Shown here: positions 1 to 10,343 of the stretch, one piece after another
How positions within the stretch are numbered: the stretch's first letter is position 1
Layout: each line of letters begins with the position of its first letter
NCBI GenBank assembly: GCA_043823085.1
Contig: JBDRBE010000004.1
Location: 133,510-197,509, forward strand
Reading direction: 5' to 3'
Length of the DNA stretch: 64,000 nucleotides
From: Candidatus Levyibacteriota bacterium
Lineage (GTDB): Bacteria > Patescibacteriota > Microgenomatia > Levybacterales > UBA12049
Notes under the pieces: generated by a model
What the model saw: only the letters and a program-made list of their open reading frames with translations
The model's database searches: none
Told to the model about the DNA's origin: nothing
Translations under genes and position numbers: made by a program

Positions 1-419
1 CTCATACTCCAAATGCCCTCGAACAGATTTTAAGTTCTGTAAGATCTGAAGTTAAGGGCAGGCTTATTCATGTTTTTGGAAGCGCGGGGGAGAGGGATTA
101 TAAAAAAAGACCTTTAATGGGAAAAGTTTCTTCAAATTATGCGGATATAGTTATTTTGACAGCCGAGGATCCTCGCAGTGAATCCATTGAAGAAATTTCA
201 AACCAAATAGCACAAGGAATTGAGGATAAAAATAAAATGTTGATGATTCCAAATAGGCAGGAGGCCATTAATAAGGCCATAAAAATGGCAAAAGAGGACG
301 ATTTTATTTTAATTACCGGTAAAGCCCATGAAAAATCAATGAATTATGGTCATGGGGAAGAACCTTGGAACGAATACGAGGCTGTAGAAAAGGTGATAAA
401 ATTGATGAATAAGCGCTGA
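1..419 (+). CDS. murE: UDP-N-acetylmuramoyl-tripeptide ligase MurE, C-terminal fragment (N-terminus lies off the window)
   Basis: The frame is open from nt 3. Translation ...GRLIHVFGSAGERDYKKRPLMG...ILTAEDPRSE...ITGKAHEKS matches the MurE C-terminal domain (GxGxRD, PLMG, GKGHE). Confidence 0.75.
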   Translation, partial: HTPNALEQILSSVRSEVKGRLIHVFGSAGERDYKKRPLMGKVSSNYADIVILTAEDPRSESIEEISNQIAQGIEDKNKMLMIPNRQEAINKAIKMAKEDDFILITGKAHEKSMNYGHGEEPWNEYEAVEKVIKLMNKR

Positions 420-615
420 GGTCGGCACAAAAGTTTTCTTGTTCCGCAGCTCGCAACAGTTTTGTTTCATTATAAGCGGAATAGCGCTCTGAAAATGTTT
501 TAAAATTCGGTTCAAAAGTTGTCAGCTCGAAATGCGAACTGCGAAAATTTTATGCCTCCCCGCGCTATCAATATAAGCGCGACTAGGCCTTTTTTGGGAT
601 TAAAGACTTAAGATT

Positions 616-2037
616 ATGAAAAAGATTAAGTGTATTCATTTTGTTGGAATAAAAGGCGTTGGCATGACGCCTTTAGCAATTATTGCCAAAGAAGCTGGTT
701 TTAAAGTGACTGGTTCGGATATTGCAGATGAATTTGTTACTGCAGAGCCGCTTAAAAAGGCAAAGATTAAACCATTTGTTGGTTTTTCAGAAAAAAATAT
801 TTCTAAGGCCGATTTAGTTATTACTACTGGTGCACATGGTGGTTTTGAAAACTTGGAAGTAGTTGCGGCACGAAAAAAAAGTATTAAAATTTTAACACAA
901 GGTGAAGCGGTTGGTCTTTTTATGTCCGGAGAAATTTTTGAACGTCGACAAGTTGGCATTTCTGTTACCGGTTGTCACGGAAAAACTACTACGACTGCAA
1001 TGACGGCTTTAATTTTTAAAGAGTGTATGCAGGACCCAAGTTTTGTAATCGGGTCGGGAAATATTCCGAGTCTTGGTAGTTGTGGGCATTTTGGAAAAGG
1101 AAATTATTTTATTTGCGAGGCAGATGAATATGCAACAGAACCTGTTTTTGATAAAACTCCAAAGTTTTTATGGCAGAAGCCAAAAATCGCAATATTTACC
1201 AACATCGAATTCGATCATCCGGATTTATTTGCATCGGTTGATGAAGTCAGAAACGCGTTTCTAAAGTTTGCAAACCAGTTGCCAAGCGATGGAATTTTGA
1301 TTGCCAACGGAGATGATGCTCAAACAAAAAAACTTATTCAGGATTATAGGGGTAAGGTAATTACTTTTGGATTTTCTCCCGGCAATAATTATATCTTAAA
1401 AAGAGTAAGTATTTCAGGGTCTCAAACTTTTTTTTGGGTAGATGCATATGGAGTAAGTTTAGGGGAATTTAGTATTAATGTTATCGGTGATTTTAATGCG
1501 TTAAATGCTCTTGGGGCAATTATTGCAGCACTTGAATCCGGTCTTGATACGGAAAAAATTAAAAAATCTCTTAAAATGTTCACCGGTACAAAAAGAAGGT
1601 TTGAATATATCGGCAAACTTTCATCGGGGGCATTGCTGTTTGATGATTATGCACATCACCCGACAGAAATTAAAAGCACTTTGAATGCTTTTCGAAAAGC
1701 CTTTCCAAAGTCTAAAATAGTTTGTATATTCCAGCCGCATACTTATTCCAGAACAAAGATATTGTTCGAACAATTTAGTTGCTCTTTTATTGATTGTGAT
1801 ACTGTTATTTTAACCGATATCTATCCTTCTCTCCGTGAGGTTCCGGACCCGCATGTCTCTTCTATGCATTTAGTCAGTGAAATTGCAAAACATCACAAAA
1901 TCGCTTTATTCTGTCCAAAACTCTCTGATGTGATAGAATATATAAGGCAAAAAGACTATAAGGACAATACAATCGTAATAACAATGGGTGCTGGAGATAT
2001 CTATAAGATAGGTGAAAACCTAGAAGTGAAAAGCTAG
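616..2037 (+). CDS. murC: UDP-N-acetylmuramate--L-alanine ligase
   Basis: N-terminal IHFVGIKGVGMTPLA..GFKVTGSD, GKTTTT P-loop and DDYAHHP motif are typical of MurC. 473 aa. Confidence 0.9.
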   Translation: MKKIKCIHFVGIKGVGMTPLAIIAKEAGFKVTGSDIADEFVTAEPLKKAKIKPFVGFSEKNISKADLVITTGAHGGFENLEVVAARKKSIKILTQGEAVGLFMSGEIFERRQVGISVTGCHGKTTTTAMTALIFKECMQDPSFVIGSGNIPSLGSCGHFGKGNYFICEADEYATEPVFDKTPKFLWQKPKIAIFTNIEFDHPDLFASVDEVRNAFLKFANQLPSDGILIANGDDAQTKKLIQDYRGKVITFGFSPGNNYILKRVSISGSQTFFWVDAYGVSLGEFSINVIGDFNALNALGAIIAALESGLDTEKIKKSLKMFTGTKRRFEYIGKLSSGALLFDDYAHHPTEIKSTLNAFRKAFPKSKIVCIFQPHTYSRTKILFEQFSCSFIDCDTVILTDIYPSLREVPDPHVSSMHLVSEIAKHHKIALFCPKLSDVIEYIRQKDYKDNTIVITMGAGDIYKIGENLEVKS

Positions 2038-2042
2038 AAATT

Positions 2043-3035
2043 ATGGATAAAAAATTAAATGAATTAGAGATGACTTTTGGCCCAAATCGTATTCGAAAAA
2101 ATGAACCGATGAGCCTTCATACGACTTTTAAAATAGGAGGTCCTGCAAAGTTTTATCTAAACGTTGAAAAAATAGATGATTTAGTTAGGGCTGTTAAAAT
2201 TGCCAAAAAAATGAATTTACCGTTTTTTATTTTAGGCGGAGGATCAAATATTTTGGTATCAGATAAGGGGTTTAAGGGACTGGTGATTAAAAATAATTGC
2301 CGCAATTTTGAGATAATGATGGTAAGCGGGAATGTAAAAAATAAAAAAGTTGGAATTAATAAAGCACTAGTTAGCGCTGAAAGCGGAGCGATTATGAATC
2401 AACTTGTTCGTTTTACTATAGAGCATGGTCTTTCAGGTCTTGAATATCAGCTTGGTCTTCCGGGTACGGTTGGAGGAGCTGTCTTTATGAATTCAAATTT
2501 TCCAAAAGAAAATTCATTTGTTGGAGATTGTGTTTATCAGGCGCGTCTTTTGACAAAAGAAGGAGAAGTTAAGGACGTTGATAATTCATATTTTCATTTT
2601 GGGTATGACGAAAGTATTCTGCAAAAGACAGGAGAGATGATTTTGTCCGTAGTTTTTAAATTATCCCCGGAAGCGAAAAATGTATTATGGGAAAGAGGTA
2701 CGAATGCCTTAGAATATCGAAAAAAAACTCAGCCTGCTAAGGCTTCGGCCGGATGCGCTTTTCGCAATATTTCAATGCTTGAGGCAATTAATATTCCCAC
2801 ACCCGATAGAATCACTTCGGTAGGATACTTAATTGAAAAAGCAGGGTTAAAAGGTAAAAGAATTGGGGATGCGGTAATTTCTGATATGCATGCAAATTAT
2901 ATATTGAATGCAGGACATGCAAAAGCAGAGGACGTTCTTAAACTTATTAATCTTATAAAAGGTGAGATATTTAAAATGTTTAATGTCAAAATAAATTTGG
3001 AAATTAAAACAATTGGGATAGATACTTTAAATTAG
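2043..3035 (+). CDS. murB: UDP-N-acetylenolpyruvoylglucosamine reductase
   Basis: FAD-binding fold with FKIGGPAKFY...FILGGGSNILVSD, matching the MurB family. 330 aa. Confidence 0.85.
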   Translation: MDKKLNELEMTFGPNRIRKNEPMSLHTTFKIGGPAKFYLNVEKIDDLVRAVKIAKKMNLPFFILGGGSNILVSDKGFKGLVIKNNCRNFEIMMVSGNVKNKKVGINKALVSAESGAIMNQLVRFTIEHGLSGLEYQLGLPGTVGGAVFMNSNFPKENSFVGDCVYQARLLTKEGEVKDVDNSYFHFGYDESILQKTGEMILSVVFKLSPEAKNVLWERGTNALEYRKKTQPAKASAGCAFRNISMLEAINIPTPDRITSVGYLIEKAGLKGKRIGDAVISDMHANYILNAGHAKAEDVLKLINLIKGEIFKMFNVKINLEIKTIGIDTLN

Positions 3036-3039
3036 AATT

Positions 3040-4365
3040 ATGGAAAAGTTTGTTATAAAAGGAGGTAGAAAATTAACAGGGAAAGTCAGTGTTTCCGGGG
3101 CAAAGAACGTTGCGCTTAAGTCATTGGTTGCAGCCTGTTTAACCGATGAAAAAGTTGTAATCGAAAATATTCCGTTGATTTCTGATTTTATGGTTATGGC
3201 AGATATTATCAAAGAATTGGGAGGAGAAATTACTATTAATAATCACACTGCGACAATTCAAGTTAAGAAATTTACCAAAAATAAAGTTTCATTGGAAAAA
3301 GCCGCCGAAATTAGAACTTCATCAATGTTTTTATCACCGCTTTTATTAAGAGTGGGACATGCTGTGATTCCAAATCCGGGCGGATGCAGAATTGGCGCAA
3401 GACCGATAGATAGAATCATTAAAGGATTGCAAAAAATGGGCGTTAAAGTTTCTTACGACAAACAAGACGGATATTTTCATCTTAAGGCGGAAAAAATAAA
3501 AGGAACCAATTATTCATTTGAGAAAAACACACATACAGGGACCGAGACCCTTTTACTTTTGGCAGTTTTGGCGCAAGGCAAAACAATTTTAGAAAATGCG
3601 GCGCAGGAACCGGAAATTGACGAATTAATAGAGCTTCTAAATAAAATGGGCGCAAAGATTAAAAGAGAAAGCACGCGAAAAATTATAATTGATGGAGTTG
3701 AAAAACTCAATAGTGCTAAATTTAGTATTGGACCTGATAGAAACGAAATTATTACTCTTGCAATAGCTGCGATAATAACAAGCGGAGATATTTTTATAGA
3801 GAATATAAGAAAGACTGGTCTTTTGGAATTTCTTAAAGAATTTAATGCGGCAAACGGAGGATATGAAATTAAGAATCAAGGCATGCGTTTTTATTACAAG
3901 GGTGAAATTAATCCGACAAAAATTACAACTTTCCCTTATCCCGGATTTATGACTGATTGGCAAGGTCCATGGTCCGTGCTAATGACAAGGGCAAATGGAA
4001 TTTCAGAAATTCATGAAACAGTTTACGAGAACAGATTTAACTATGTTCAGGAATTAAAAAAAATGGGCGCACATATTGAATTATTCAATCCAAAAGTTAC
4101 AAATCCCGATAAGTTTTATAATTTTAACTTAAAAGATGACAAAAGTAGCTATTTTCACGCAATAAAAATTTACGGCCCAAAAGAATTACATAATGGAATA
4201 GTTAATATTTCGGATTTAAGAGCCGGGGCAACTTTAGTCCTTGCTGCTTTAGCAGCGCAGGGAGAAAGTGTAATTTTTGGAGTTGAACATTTAGACAGAG
4301 GGTATGAACGATTTGAAGAAAGATTAAATAGTCTAGGAGCTCGTATTAAAAGAGCAAAAAATTAA
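3040..4365 (+). CDS. murA: UDP-N-acetylglucosamine 1-carboxyvinyltransferase
   Basis: N-terminal MEKFVIKGGRKLTGKVSVSGAKNVALK, EPT family, 441 aa. Confidence 0.9.
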   Translation: MEKFVIKGGRKLTGKVSVSGAKNVALKSLVAACLTDEKVVIENIPLISDFMVMADIIKELGGEITINNHTATIQVKKFTKNKVSLEKAAEIRTSSMFLSPLLLRVGHAVIPNPGGCRIGARPIDRIIKGLQKMGVKVSYDKQDGYFHLKAEKIKGTNYSFEKNTHTGTETLLLLAVLAQGKTILENAAQEPEIDELIELLNKMGAKIKRESTRKIIIDGVEKLNSAKFSIGPDRNEIITLAIAAIITSGDIFIENIRKTGLLEFLKEFNAANGGYEIKNQGMRFYYKGEINPTKITTFPYPGFMTDWQGPWSVLMTRANGISEIHETVYENRFNYVQELKKMGAHIELFNPKVTNPDKFYNFNLKDDKSSYFHAIKIYGPKELHNGIVNISDLRAGATLVLAALAAQGESVIFGVEHLDRGYERFEERLNSLGARIKRAKN

Positions 4366-4366
4366 T

Positions 4367-5620
4367 ATGCAAGCAGTAATTTTAGCAGCTGGTCTTTCCA
4401 GCAGATTTTATCCATTAGCAAGCGGAATGCACAAATCTATGATAAAGATTTGCGGCAAACCGATTCTCGAGTATACAATCAATGGTTTAAAAATGTCTGG
4501 AATAAAAGATATAGTTCTTGTGGTTAGTTCAACTGGATTAATTGAATCTTATTTTGGCAATGGAGAAAAATTTGGCGTTTCGATGAAATATGTTATTCAG
4601 CCGAAACCACTTGGAATGGGGAATGCGCTACTTTTAGCAGAAAAAAATCTCAAAGGTGATTTTCTTTTATTGAACGCTTCGCATGTTGATATTGGAATTT
4701 TTGCAAAAAAATTAATTGATGCTAAATCAGAAGAAAACAAGTCAATAATTTTAGTCAAAGAAGAAGAAAATACTTGGAAATTTGGAGTTGTTAAGTTGTC
4801 CGGTGATAGAGTGGAGGAATTGATAGAAAAACCAAAAAAAGGAGAAGAGCCTTCAAAATTACGCGTTATCGGGATATATTATTTTTCCAGAAAGTTTTTA
4901 AGCGAACTTAAAAATACACCTCAAGACCATTATCAACTAGAGGCAGCTATTTCTTCTTTTGCGAAAAAAAATTACGTTAAGGCAGTTATTATCAAGGAAG
5001 AAACTATCACCTTAAAATATTCATGGGATTTACTTAGTGTAAAGAATTTTATATTTAAATTGTTGAAAGGTGCGGTTGGAAAAAATGTTAATATCGCCAA
5101 AACTGCGGAAATTATTGGAGATGTTGTTATTGAAGACGGGGCAGAGATTTTGGAAGGCGCAAAAATAAAAGGGCCTTGTTACCTTGGAAAAAATACATAT
5201 GTTGGTAATCACGCGGTTTTGCGAAATAATGTTGACTTAGGAGAAAATAGTGTTGTCGGTGCATACATGGAAGTTAAAAATAGTATTATAATGTCGAATT
5301 CAAAAACGCACGCAGGGTTTATAGGAGATTCAATAATTGACCAAAATTGTAGAATCGGCACACAGTTTTGTACGGCTAATGTCAGACTTGACAGGAGTAC
5401 GGTTAAAGTTGATTTCAAAGGAAAAGTAATAGATACGGGATTAAAATCACTAGGTATGATTCTTGGAAAGAATGTTAGAATCGGCGTTAAATGTTCAACC
5501 ATGCCTGGAGTAACTATTGGTGAGAATGCAATTGTTGGACCATCAACAGTTGTTTCACAGAATGTGGAAGCAAATACAAAATACTATTCAAAATTTCAGG
5601 AAATTATTATAAAAAAATGA
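4367..5620 (+). CDS. Sugar-phosphate nucleotidyltransferase fused to a left-handed beta-helix acyltransferase domain (GlmU-like, archaeal-type)
   Basis: The N-terminal region (ILAAGLSSRF..GKPIL) is a nucleotidyltransferase fold. The C-terminal third carries hexapeptide (I/V-G-x-x-x-x) repeats. Confidence 0.7.
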   Translation: MQAVILAAGLSSRFYPLASGMHKSMIKICGKPILEYTINGLKMSGIKDIVLVVSSTGLIESYFGNGEKFGVSMKYVIQPKPLGMGNALLLAEKNLKGDFLLLNASHVDIGIFAKKLIDAKSEENKSIILVKEEENTWKFGVVKLSGDRVEELIEKPKKGEEPSKLRVIGIYYFSRKFLSELKNTPQDHYQLEAAISSFAKKNYVKAVIIKEETITLKYSWDLLSVKNFIFKLLKGAVGKNVNIAKTAEIIGDVVIEDGAEILEGAKIKGPCYLGKNTYVGNHAVLRNNVDLGENSVVGAYMEVKNSIIMSNSKTHAGFIGDSIIDQNCRIGTQFCTANVRLDRSTVKVDFKGKVIDTGLKSLGMILGKNVRIGVKCSTMPGVTIGENAIVGPSTVVSQNVEANTKYYSKFQEIIIKK

Positions 5621-6264
5621 AAAAAATAATTCTTTTTGATATTGATTACACTCTTTTTGATACTCAATTATTTAGAGAAAAGCTTTATAAAAGTATCGCC
5701 AATGCATTAGGTTGTGATATTAAAGATTCATCAGAAAATATTGACGAGATGTACGATGAAATTAGAGCAGAAAAAGGTTATTTTCAGCCAAAAATTTTTA
5801 GTTTGCAGCTTGCAAGGAAACTTGGCAGAGAAAAAGACGCGCAACTCATAGAAAAAGCAATATTTGCAAAAGAAAATTTTAAAAATTGTCTTTATAAAGA
5901 ATCACTTAAGGCTATCGAAAAGCTTTCAAAAATTATATCTGTTGGAATTTTTTCAAAAGGATATAATAGTTTTCAGAGAAACAAGATTAAAGTTCTCAAG
6001 AATGTTTTAAATAATAAAAACGTTCACATTTTTGTTAACAAACGCAAGAGCTTGCCAAAAATTATTGATAGATATAAAGATTTTAAACTTTATATTATTG
6101 ACGATGCTCTGGATGTATTATTTGAAGCCTGGAAATTACGTAAAGACATTGTAACAATTTGGGTAAAAAGAGGAATATATGCCAAAAACCAAAAACCAAT
6201 AGAAAATTTTAAGCCGGATGCTATAATAAAAAACCTTGGAGAATTAATTTCAGTTATTAAATAA
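5617..6264 (+). CDS. HAD-superfamily hydrolase
   Basis: N-terminal FDIDYTLFDT (DxDxT) motif. 215 aa. Confidence 0.65.
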   Translation: MKKIILFDIDYTLFDTQLFREKLYKSIANALGCDIKDSSENIDEMYDEIRAEKGYFQPKIFSLQLARKLGREKDAQLIEKAIFAKENFKNCLYKESLKAIEKLSKIISVGIFSKGYNSFQRNKIKVLKNVLNNKNVHIFVNKRKSLPKIIDRYKDFKLYIIDDALDVLFEAWKLRKDIVTIWVKRGIYAKNQKPIENFKPDAIIKNLGELISVIK

Positions 6265-6267
6265 ATT

Positions 6268-8034
6268 ATGTGCGGAATATTTGGATACGTAGGAAAAAAA
6301 GATAACGCGGCCGATACGATTCTTGAAGGATTAAAACTTTTAGAATATCGTGGTTATGATTCTTGGGGAGTTACTGTTAAGGTAGGAAAAAAACTTGAAG
6401 TAGATAAACATGTCGGAAAGATAGGAGATGCAAAAGTAACTCTTCCAAAAAGTTCTCTAGGCATTGGTCATACAAGGTGGGCAACACACGGAGGTGTGAC
6501 AGTAGTTAATGCCCATCCTCATCTGGATTGTTCAAAAACAATCGCAGTTGTTCATAACGGTATTGTAGAGAATTATGAGGAATTAAAGGAGGAATTGAAA
6601 ACGCAGGGACATCAGTTTGTTTCCCAGACTGATACAGAGGTAATGGCTCATCTTATTGAAGAAAATTTAAAACAAGGTAAAGGTTTTGCTACTTCGGTTA
6701 GGGATACTTTTAATAGACTTACCGGTTTAAATGCAATCGCTGTCGTAAATTCCATATCTAAAGAAGTAATTGCCGCTAAAACCGGATCACCTTTAGTTGT
6801 TGGGCAAAATAGTAATGGACTTTTTGTTGCCTCGGATGCTTGTGGAATCATTAAACATACTAGAAGCGTGATTTTTTTGGAAGATAATCAAATGGCCATT
6901 CTGGGAGATAAACTTAAATTAATACGTTTACCCAATGGAGAAGAAATTAAACCAATATTTCATCATCTTGACTGGAAGTTTGAGGAGGTTAAAAAGGGCA
7001 GCTATAAGCATTTCTTAATCAAGGAGATTCATGATCAACCGCAGGTCATTGAAAATATAGCCTTATCTTATGAAGAACAAACAAAAAAACTTGCAGACTT
7101 AATCGAAAAAGCTTTTGGAACCTTTATGTTAGGGTGCGGAACTGCTTCTTATGCGGCTTTGGCAGGTACGTATCTTTTTTCAAGAATTGCAAAAAAACAT
7201 ATTAATTTTTCAACAGGATCGGAATTTAATTACCTAGAAGATTATTTGACAAAGGAAAGTCTTCTTGTTCCTATTTCTCAAAGCGGAGAAACAATAGATG
7301 TAGTAGGGCCGGTTGCAACCGCTAAAAAAAGAGGCGTAAAAGTTGCGGCAATAGTTAATGTTTTAGGATCTACGCTGTATAGACAGGCAGATTATAAAGT
7401 TATGCTTTCGGCAGGGCCTGAAAAGGCAGTTGTCTGTACAAAGGGTTTTACTGCTATGATAGCTGTGCTTATTTTGACAGCTTATACTTTAGCTAAAAAT
7501 CAGGAAAAGGGTAAGAAATTACTTTTAAACGCAGTTAAAAACATTAGAGAAATTTTGCAAAATTCATATCAGCTAAATATAAAGAAACTTGCGCAAGAAT
7601 TAAAAAATAAAGAACATATTTATGTTATTGGGAGAGGATTATCTTATGCAACTGCTCTTGAAACAACACTTAAACTTAAAGAAGGCGCTTATATCCATGC
7701 AGAAGGTTTTGCCGGGGGAGAGCTCAAGCATGGTGTGATAGCGTTAATTGAAAAAGGAACGCCTTGTATTGTTTTTACACCAAACGATGAAACTTATAAC
7801 GATATTATTTCAAACGCGACGGAAATAAAAGCCAGAGGAGGATTTATTATTGGTATTGGACCAAAAAATAATGATGCATTTGATATATTTTTTAAAACAG
7901 CAGATGTTGGTGATGCAACAATTATTCCTCAAATTGTTATTGCGCAACTGCTTGCTTATAATCTAGCCCTTAAAAAAGGAATAAAAGATCCGGACAAACC
8001 AAGAAATCTGGCAAAAAGCGTCACGGTAAAATAA
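6268..8034 (+). CDS. glmS: Glutamine--fructose-6-phosphate aminotransferase
   Basis: MCGIFGYVG N-terminal nucleophile (Ntn) amidotransferase start followed by two SIS domains. 588 aa. Confidence 0.9.
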   Translation: MCGIFGYVGKKDNAADTILEGLKLLEYRGYDSWGVTVKVGKKLEVDKHVGKIGDAKVTLPKSSLGIGHTRWATHGGVTVVNAHPHLDCSKTIAVVHNGIVENYEELKEELKTQGHQFVSQTDTEVMAHLIEENLKQGKGFATSVRDTFNRLTGLNAIAVVNSISKEVIAAKTGSPLVVGQNSNGLFVASDACGIIKHTRSVIFLEDNQMAILGDKLKLIRLPNGEEIKPIFHHLDWKFEEVKKGSYKHFLIKEIHDQPQVIENIALSYEEQTKKLADLIEKAFGTFMLGCGTASYAALAGTYLFSRIAKKHINFSTGSEFNYLEDYLTKESLLVPISQSGETIDVVGPVATAKKRGVKVAAIVNVLGSTLYRQADYKVMLSAGPEKAVVCTKGFTAMIAVLILTAYTLAKNQEKGKKLLLNAVKNIREILQNSYQLNIKKLAQELKNKEHIYVIGRGLSYATALETTLKLKEGAYIHAEGFAGGELKHGVIALIEKGTPCIVFTPNDETYNDIISNATEIKARGGFIIGIGPKNNDAFDIFFKTADVGDATIIPQIVIAQLLAYNLALKKGIKDPDKPRNLAKSVTVK

Positions 8035-8046
8035 GAGTTAGGAATT

Positions 8047-8754
8047 ATGAATTATGAATCAAACATTATTATTTTACATGGATGGGGTTTAAACGGAAAT
8101 AAATATTCGAAACTGTCTTCTCTTTTAAAACAAAAAGGATGCAAAGTTTTTACACCGGATTTACCGGGTTTTGGAGCAGAACCTCTAAAATCAGAATCAA
8201 TGACGCTTGGCGATTACATTGATTTTGTTGAAAAATTTATCGAAAAGAATAAAATCCTAAAACCAATTATTATCGGTCATTCTTTCGGAGGAAGAGTTGC
8301 CATAAAATATTGTTGGAAATATCCAAAAAGCGTTTCGGCTTTAATATTAACAGGAGTGCCGGTAATTAGAAATGTTTCTCTTTCAAAAAAAATTGCTTTT
8401 TTATTATCAATTATGGGAAGAAAAATTTTTAGTATTTTTCCATCTTCAATAGAAAACATGATGAGAAAAATTCTTTATTTTTTACTAGGCGAGTGGGATT
8501 ATTATAAAGCAGGAAGATTAAAGCAAGTTTTTAAAAACATTGTCGGAGAAGACTTAAAGGGATATTTACGTGAAATAAGAATTCCAATATTGCTTATTTG
8601 GGGAGAGGAAGACAAAACAGTGCCGGCAGTAGATATAAAAAAGATTAAACAAATTAATAGTACTGTAAAAGAAGTAATTATCAAAGAGACCGGGCATAAA
8701 CTTCCCTATGATCATCCGGCGTTATTTTTAGATGCAATAATTTCCAATTTATGA
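8047..8754 (+). CDS. Alpha/beta-fold hydrolase
   Basis: GHSFGG nucleophile elbow with a C-terminal His. 235 aa. Confidence 0.65.
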   Translation: MNYESNIIILHGWGLNGNKYSKLSSLLKQKGCKVFTPDLPGFGAEPLKSESMTLGDYIDFVEKFIEKNKILKPIIIGHSFGGRVAIKYCWKYPKSVSALILTGVPVIRNVSLSKKIAFLLSIMGRKIFSIFPSSIENMMRKILYFLLGEWDYYKAGRLKQVFKNIVGEDLKGYLREIRIPILLIWGEEDKTVPAVDIKKIKQINSTVKEVIIKETGHKLPYDHPALFLDAIISNL

Positions 8755-10343
8755 ATGTTATTTTTTACTTAACAGGTTTTTTCTTCTTTTTTTGGGAAAT
8801 AAGAAATATTCTTTTTCTGGTAAATCTTTGGCAGATAAAAGAATACCGTTTTGACAGGCTATTTTCTCACTTAAAAGAAACTTCGCAAGGCAAAGACATA
8901 TTATTCTCTGCGCTTCCGATTGTAAAGTTAATCGCAATTTTAGGTTTTGGTTTTGTTATTTTTAATAATTTTTTGCTCCTGCCTTACCAGCTTTTTATCT
9001 TCTTTATTTTTTGTTTGCAATTCTTAAAGATAATTAAAGAAATTTGGGAGCATACTTTAAAAATACCGGTTTTAACCTTTAAAGCATTATTTATAACAAC
9101 CAGTACGCTTTTTATTGTTTCCCTTTTATTTTTTCTTCCGCTTATAGATAAATTTGCATGGATTTTAATTATTGACAAATTAGTCTTTTTGATAATTGCA
9201 TTTGCGGTTTTTTTTCTATCATTTCCTACGAATTTTTACAGAGGCTTTCAAGAAGAGAGAGCTATAAAAAAGATTAGAAAACATAAAAATCTTTTAGTAA
9301 TTGGAGTTACCGGAAGCTACGGTAAAAGTTCTACAAAAGAATATATTGCGCAGATTTTGGAGAAAAAATTTAAAGTTCTTAAAACCAAGGGAACAAATAA
9401 TACATTAATTGGAGTAACGAATACAATTATTTCCGGTTTAAAAGACGACACGGAAATTTTTGTTGTAGAAATGGGTGCTTATAAAAAAGGTGAAATTAAT
9501 GAAATTTGCGAAATTGTTAAGCCTAAAATTGGCATAATTACCGGAATTAATTCTCAACACCTTTCTCTTTTTGGAAGTTTGCAAAACACTATGGATGCAA
9601 AATATGAATTAATTAATTCACTGCCTTCCGGAGGGCTGGCAATATTTAACGGCAGCAATATAAATTCTTCTAAACTTTATTCCAAAACCAAAAAAAAGAA
9701 AATTATTTATAGTTCTTTTGACAATAAAGCCGATATTTATAGTTCTGATATCCAGATTGAAAAATCTTGCGTTGCTTTTGATGTTCATGCAGAGGGTATT
9801 GATATGGCGCTTAAAGCAAATCTTATAGGAAAGCAAAATGTTGAAAATATATTGCCTGCTGCTTATATTGCAAGATATTTGGGGATGAATATTACCGAGA
9901 TTAAAAAGGCAGTTTCAAAACTTAAACCATTGCCAAAAACAATGACAAAAATAAAATTTTCAAATGGCGCGACTTTAATTGATGATGCTTTTAATGCAAA
10001 TCCGGATGCTGTTTTAGCAGTGCTTGACTACATGAAAATTTATAACGGGAAGAAGATTTTAGTAATGCAGCCAATGATTGAGCTTGGAAAGGATGCAAAA
10101 AAAGAACATTATCGGGTAGCGCTTGAAATTTCAAAGATTTGTGACTACTTAGTTTTAACAAACAAAAATTTTTATTCTTCAGTCTCTATGGGGATAAAAG
10201 ACGGAAAAGGAAAATGTGCTGTTAAAATTTTTAGTCCTGGAGAAATTGTAGATTTTGTTAAGTCTAATTTAACTCCAGCAAGCATTGCTGTTTTTGAAGG
10301 AAAGGAAACACTAAAAGCATTATCCAAACTCCAGTCATTATGA
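8751..10343 (+). CDS. murF: UDP-MurNAc-tripeptide--D-Ala-D-Ala ligase MurF with an N-terminal polytopic membrane domain
   Basis: VIGVTGSYGKSSTKE P-loop and DAFNANPDA (the DxYNANP MurF signature) are present. The first ~170 aa are strongly hydrophobic (about 5 predicted TM helices) in place of the usual soluble N-terminal domain. Confidence 0.75.
   Translation: MNVIFYLTGFFFFFWEIRNILFLVNLWQIKEYRFDRLFSHLKETSQGKDILFSALPIVKLIAILGFGFVIFNNFLLLPYQLFIFFIFCLQFLKIIKEIWEHTLKIPVLTFKALFITTSTLFIVSLLFFLPLIDKFAWILIIDKLVFLIIAFAVFFLSFPTNFYRGFQEERAIKKIRKHKNLLVIGVTGSYGKSSTKEYIAQILEKKFKVLKTKGTNNTLIGVTNTIISGLKDDTEIFVVEMGAYKKGEINEICEIVKPKIGIITGINSQHLSLFGSLQNTMDAKYELINSLPSGGLAIFNGSNINSSKLYSKTKKKKIIYSSFDNKADIYSSDIQIEKSCVAFDVHAEGIDMALKANLIGKQNVENILPAAYIARYLGMNITEIKKAVSKLKPLPKTMTKIKFSNGATLIDDAFNANPDAVLAVLDYMKIYNGKKILVMQPMIELGKDAKKEHYRVALEISKICDYLVLTNKNFYSSVSMGIKDGKGKCAVKIFSPGEIVDFVKSNLTPASIAVFEGKETLKALSKLQSL

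Noticed and set aside
636-959. 107-aa antisense ORF within murC
   Set aside because: It lies wholly inside a strongly supported CDS on the other strand, with no family resemblance.
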